From a virus (lineage: Duplodnaviria > Caudoviricetes), in IMG/VR virus record IMGVR_UViG_3300032007_000052, positions 1-64,000 of that record: a stretch of DNA of 64,000 bases; one strand, 5' to 3'. The notes under the pieces were generated by a model. It saw only the letters and a program-made list of their open reading frames with translations, was not told the origin of the DNA and searched no databases. Within the stretch, counting starts at the first letter, position 1; each line of letters begins with the position of its first letter. Shown piece by piece: positions 59,857 to 64,000 of this stretch. The translations under genes and the position numbers were made by a program.

Positions 59857-61131
59857 ATGGTTTACGTACTTGATCAAAACGGACAGCCTTTAATGCCTAC
59901 GGAAAACCATGCTAAAGTGCGTGTTCTTCTAAGGCAAGGTAAGGCAAAAGTAATAAAGAAATGTCCGTTTACAATACATCTGTTATATGGTAGTACAAAC
60001 TACACACAAAAAGTGACTTTGGGTGTAGACAGTGGAAGCAAGCATATCGGTATTTCAGCAACTACAAAAGACAAAGTTCTTTACGAGGCCGATGTGGAAC
60101 TTCGGAGTGATATTGTGGATCTGCTTTCTACCCGTAGGGAATTAAGAAGTTTAAGACGTAATCACAAGACCCGTTACCGCAAACCACGATTCGATAACCG
60201 CAAACGTAAAGACGGATGGTTAGCACCTTCAGTAAGGCAGAAAGTAGATTCTCACTTAACGATGATAGCAAAAGTACATAAGATACTTCCAATATCAAAT
60301 ATCGTAGTAGAAGTAGCCTCTTTCGATATACAGAAGATCAAAAATCCAACTGTCAGCGGTACAGACTATCAGCAGGGTGAACAGCTAGGCTTTTGGAACG
60401 TCAGGGAATATGTTTTATTCCGTGATGGTCATGTATGCCAATGCTGCAAAGGCAAGTCCAAGGATAAGATCTTAAATGTTCATCATATAGAAAGCCGTAA
60501 GACTGGTGGCGATGCACCCAACAACCTCATAACGTTGTGCGAGACCTGCCACAAGGGTTATCACAAAGGAACAGTAAAACTTCCCAAGGCGATACACAGA
60601 GGGATGTCATTCAAGGATGCTGCGTTCATGGGTATCATGCGATGGGCTTTGTATGAGAAACTTAAGACCATATACCCGGACGTAAGGCCTACATACGGAT
60701 ACATCACTAAGAATACACGTATAGAAAACAATTTATCAAAAGACCATTATGTAGATGCTCGTTGTATCAGCGGCAATCATAATGCAGTCAGCAATGGCGA
60801 GGTTTTCTATTATAAGAAAGTCCGCTGTCATAACAGACAGATACATAAAAACACTATTCTTAAAGGTGGATATCGAAAACGTAATCAGGCCCCATACGAA
60901 GTAAAAGGGTTCAGATTATATGATAAAGTCCTTGTTAAAGGACAGATAGCTTTTGTTTTTGGCAGACGAACTGATGGGAGATTTGCTATCCGCAAATTCG
61001 ACGGAACCAAGATTAATGAGCAAATGTCATACAAAAAGATTAGACTTATAGAACCACGAAAAAATTTCATTTGTGAAAGGAGGACGCCGCTCCTCATCGG
61101 GGCAAGCCCCGACGTTCCCGCGGCTGTTTAA
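59857..61131 (+). CDS. iscB: RNA-guided endonuclease IscB
   Basis: PLMPT N-terminus, RuvC-I LGVDSG, Arg-rich bridge helix, RuvC-II VVEVA, CxxC-HH...NLITLCxxCH HNH, RuvC-III HYVDA. Confidence 0.93.
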   Translation: MVYVLDQNGQPLMPTENHAKVRVLLRQGKAKVIKKCPFTIHLLYGSTNYTQKVTLGVDSGSKHIGISATTKDKVLYEADVELRSDIVDLLSTRRELRSLRRNHKTRYRKPRFDNRKRKDGWLAPSVRQKVDSHLTMIAKVHKILPISNIVVEVASFDIQKIKNPTVSGTDYQQGEQLGFWNVREYVLFRDGHVCQCCKGKSKDKILNVHHIESRKTGGDAPNNLITLCETCHKGYHKGTVKLPKAIHRGMSFKDAAFMGIMRWALYEKLKTIYPDVRPTYGYITKNTRIENNLSKDHYVDARCISGNHNAVSNGEVFYYKKVRCHNRQIHKNTILKGGYRKRNQAPYEVKGFRLYDKVLVKGQIAFVFGRRTDGRFAIRKFDGTKINEQMSYKKIRLIEPRKNFICERRTPLLIGASPDVPAAV

Positions 61132-61136
61132 GTTTA

Positions 61137-61318
61137 TGGCAAATAAAAACACTATTAGAGTAGATAGATACCAAAAGAAAGTTGGATATAAGACTAAAAG
61201 CTTCAAACTTAAAGGTGACATCGCTGAAAGATTTGCTGAAGCATGTGATAAAACTGGAGTTGGACAAGCTGCAACTATAACGGCACTTATGGAAAAATTT
61301 GTGTCGGATAATTCTTGA
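61137..61318 (+). CDS. small RHH-like DNA-binding protein
   Basis: KSFKLKGDIAERFAEACDKTGVGQAATITALMEKF. Confidence 0.65.
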
Positions 61319-61594
61319 AAACAAATTTTCTCAAGCTCTTCAGGAAGTGCTTAGAGAAAAATACAATATAGGCACTGAAAACACAAAAAAATCGGCAAAT
61401 ATATAGCCGATTTTTTGCGTATACTCTTTTAAAGGAAACAAGTTACAAAAATATTATAGCATTAATCCGATTGCACTGAAATTAACCAGTGCGTTGTTTG
61501 TAACTGTTAAACACTTAAGTATATACTTAAGTAAGTTAACGGTTATACGTAAGTATATCAGATAAAAAAAATAAAATAAAGGGGATAATGGGAA

Positions 61595-61801
61595 ATGGAT
61601 AAGTTTTTTTCTCAAGAAAGATGCGATAGGTGTGGAAAGAAGCTTAATAGTGGCAGGATAATGTCAATGTTCAACAAGGATTGCATATGTATGGAGTGTA
61701 AAGAAAAGGAAAAGAATGATCCTAGATACCACAAAGCTGTGGAAGCTGTCAGGGATATGGAAGCTAGAGGTTATCGTAATTTTGAGGGAATTGGATATTA
61801 A
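61595..61801 (+). CDS. small zinc-finger protein
   Basis: CDRC...CMEC. Confidence 0.65.
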   Translation: MDKFFSQERCDRCGKKLNSGRIMSMFNKDCICMECKEKEKNDPRYHKAVEAVRDMEARGYRNFEGIGY

Positions 61802-62141
61802 TTTGACTAGTGGTTTTTACATGAATTAATTTAATTTAGGATATTAAATTGCCGATTGTCAGATGATTCTTGAAAATTCAAAAAAGGATAATTAATAGCT
61901 TGCATTAATAGGAATTGTCAGAGTATAATTATATCAATCGAATACGTGAATAAAAAAAGAAAAGCTCTCGCGGGATTGCCGTCCTACAAGAGCCAATTGC
62001 TTAAAAGCAACGCACCTGCTTTAGCAACATTTCTTGAAAGGATTATATTATAGATAAGAAGTTTTTTCAAGAGTTTTTGCTAAAAATATGGTAGAAATTG
62101 CTATTGTGGCAATTTCTATTTTTTATTTTGATAACTTTATG

Positions 62142-62585
62142 AACGGCAAAGGCGAAGGACTAAACCTCTACGATATCGGACAGTGGTTAATCACACTTAA
62201 GATACGCATTGATGACCGTTAAAGGGTGTCGTTGTGTCGCTGCCTTCCGTTACTAATAGCGGAAAAATTAGATAAGACAAGCTTTGTCAAGAAGCGGTGT
62301 GCCTGTCCTCATCTCCGTGTGTAAAAGCACGAAAAGGGGGTTGCGTGGTGGTTGATAACCAAGGATGTTTTAAGATGAGACCTTGATCCTGAGCGAAAGC
62401 GAAACACGTATCAGATAGTAATATCTGAAGGTTGAAGCATGGTGAAGAGTCGGCTCCGACTGGACTAAAATTCAATCTATCCTTCTACCATCATTTGTAT
62501 TATAGTTGATGGTAGGGGGATAGAGTTTTCGCGGCTCGAATCTCACCAACTGGACTATAAGAGTGCTCCGGAAATGTCAAGACAA
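62142..62585 (+). ncRNA. candidate large structured non-coding RNA
   Basis: GC-elevated, no credible ORF, many hairpins, some with GNRA loops and G-U pairs. Confidence 0.45.
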
Positions 62586-62642
62586 AATTAAAAGATTTCT
62601 AAGCGAAACTCGTAGGGGTAAGAGAAAGAGAAAGGAGTATAT

Positions 62643-62990
62643 ATGGGAAAGTATAGTGGCTTTTTGTCAACAGATGAAGTATGTAAAGAAGAAATAAAAG
62701 AACTAAAAGAGATATTAAAGACGTATCATGTATTACCTGGAGATATTGAAGAAATAGAGGGGATGATTAAAAATCCGTATTATATGCTTAGGCAAAGTTA
62801 TCAGATGTCTAATGCATTAGAGAATTATATTAAAGATGAGCTTGGTGAGGACGCGCTAAAAGATTTCTTTTCAAAATTTGTAACCAGAAGGAAAGAACCT
62901 GGTGAACATTTGGCTGCTTATATAAAAGACCTCGAAAATAGAGTGTTGGAAGAGATGGAAAGAGAAAATAGATTTACGAGGATAAAATAA
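62643..62990 (+). CDS. hypothetical protein
   Basis: AAGGAG RBS. Confidence 0.65.
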   Translation: MGKYSGFLSTDEVCKEEIKELKEILKTYHVLPGDIEEIEGMIKNPYYMLRQSYQMSNALENYIKDELGEDALKDFFSKFVTRRKEPGEHLAAYIKDLENRVLEEMERENRFTRIK

Positions 62991-63529
62991 TGGACAAATT
63001 CACTCATGAATATTGTGAAGATAGCAGGGTAAAAGTTTTTGTTAATAGTTCTTTGTGGAAAGCGATATTAAAATATTTTTTTAGGGATCCTTCTGAGGAA
63101 TTGTTTAACGATATAAAAAGAAGGATTATAGATTATGTAAAGGTGAGGATTAAAAAGCAAACATTTAAAACTCCATCAACAGAGGTTATTCTAGCTGATA
63201 TTAAAAGACAGTTTCTTAAACCACCTAAAGACAAGCCTATTACAAGCGATATTGAGAATGTTACTGTATGTAAATATTATGATGTTAGATCATATCTTAC
63301 AGAGTATTTTAATAGAGCATATGATAATGATGAGGTAATTTTTGTATATAGAGTGGATAATAAGAACGTCGCAATAATAAATATAAACAGGCTTAACGAT
63401 TTAGAGAACAGGTTGAATGCAGCTTTAAAAGAACTTGAAGAACTAAAAGCTGAGCCTAAAGAGAAAAAGAAATCTAAGAAGGAAATCGAACTTTGGAATA
63501 TTCCAGTAAAAGGAGACGAAAATACTTGA
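62990..63529 (+). CDS. hypothetical protein
   Basis: TAATG stop-start overlap with the previous gene. Confidence 0.65.
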   Translation: MDKFTHEYCEDSRVKVFVNSSLWKAILKYFFRDPSEELFNDIKRRIIDYVKVRIKKQTFKTPSTEVILADIKRQFLKPPKDKPITSDIENVTVCKYYDVRSYLTEYFNRAYDNDEVIFVYRVDNKNVAIININRLNDLENRLNAALKELEELKAEPKEKKKSKKEIELWNIPVKGDENT

Positions 63530-64000
63530 TTGCGAAAATAAATTATTGTAATATAGTAATAAGGTGATGGTGCACACTCTTTTTACCTCGACTTTCATTT
63601 TACGGTGTTTCTCTTGTGCTAAATATATCCCATGAAAAGCAACTAACTTGTGCCAGTTAGTTGCTTTTTTAGTGTACAAAAAAAAAGAACCAGGGGGGAA
63701 TCTCTGATTCTTTTTCATTCAATGCAGCTCGTACAGATTCTGTTTAGCTACTATTTAATTGTATTTCACATACATCAATATGTCAATATAAGGGTTTTTA
63801 ATCGTATTTATAGGTTTTTAATTGTATTTAAAGGTGTTTAGTCATTATTTATGCATAGAGAAAGACTGATTCTTGGAGATATCAGTCTTTCTTTATATGT
63901 TTTCGTTTTTTTCGCTATGAAAGGGTTTGGGTTAGTGACAATATTATTATTGCACATAAACGATATTTCATCAAATGTTTCTTTATAAACTGGTTGTTGA

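Larger units (their letters stand above)
59580..61131 (+). mobile_element. non-autonomous IS200/IS605-superfamily IscB element
   Basis: Subterminal hairpins CACGGGCAAGCCCGTG (~59592) and CGGGGCAAGCCCCG (~61098); no tnpA in the window. Confidence 0.8.

Noticed and set aside
1-64000. tRNA or rRNA genes, or an alternative genetic code
   Set aside because: No cloverleaf or rRNA motifs recognised. Long genes translate intact with the standard code.

Overview
AT-rich segment of a tailed (siphovirus-type) bacteriophage or prophage, most likely infecting a low-GC Bacillota host (Lachnospiraceae-like by inference). It opens with a short CRISPR array (36-nt repeats, no cas gene in the window) preceded by a tracrRNA-like anti-repeat RNA. 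The + strand then carries portal, a MuF-type minor head protein, and a block of fibre/decoration-like genes containing two invertible, shufflon-like C-terminal cassettes. Next come scaffold, major capsid, head-tail joining genes, tail tube, chaperones, a recT/exonuclease pair inserted in the tail operon, tape measure, baseplate, lysis genes and a six-gene Gln/Gly/Cys-rich module. A - strand block holds a small tyrosine recombinase, an MrpR-like protein, an FtsK ATPase, and LPD11 and DUF3560 proteins, with a type I toxin-like peptide embedded on the + strand. The last part has a small-terminase-like gene, an HNH nuclease, an array of small genes joined by a conserved ~20-bp junction motif, a radical SAM enzyme, a nucleoside-hydrolase-like protein, a lipoprotein, an IscB/omegaRNA element and a ~450-nt structured non-coding region. 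No large terminase, DNA polymerase, helicase or full-length integrase is visible in the window. All family assignments are from motif recognition by eye, not database searches.
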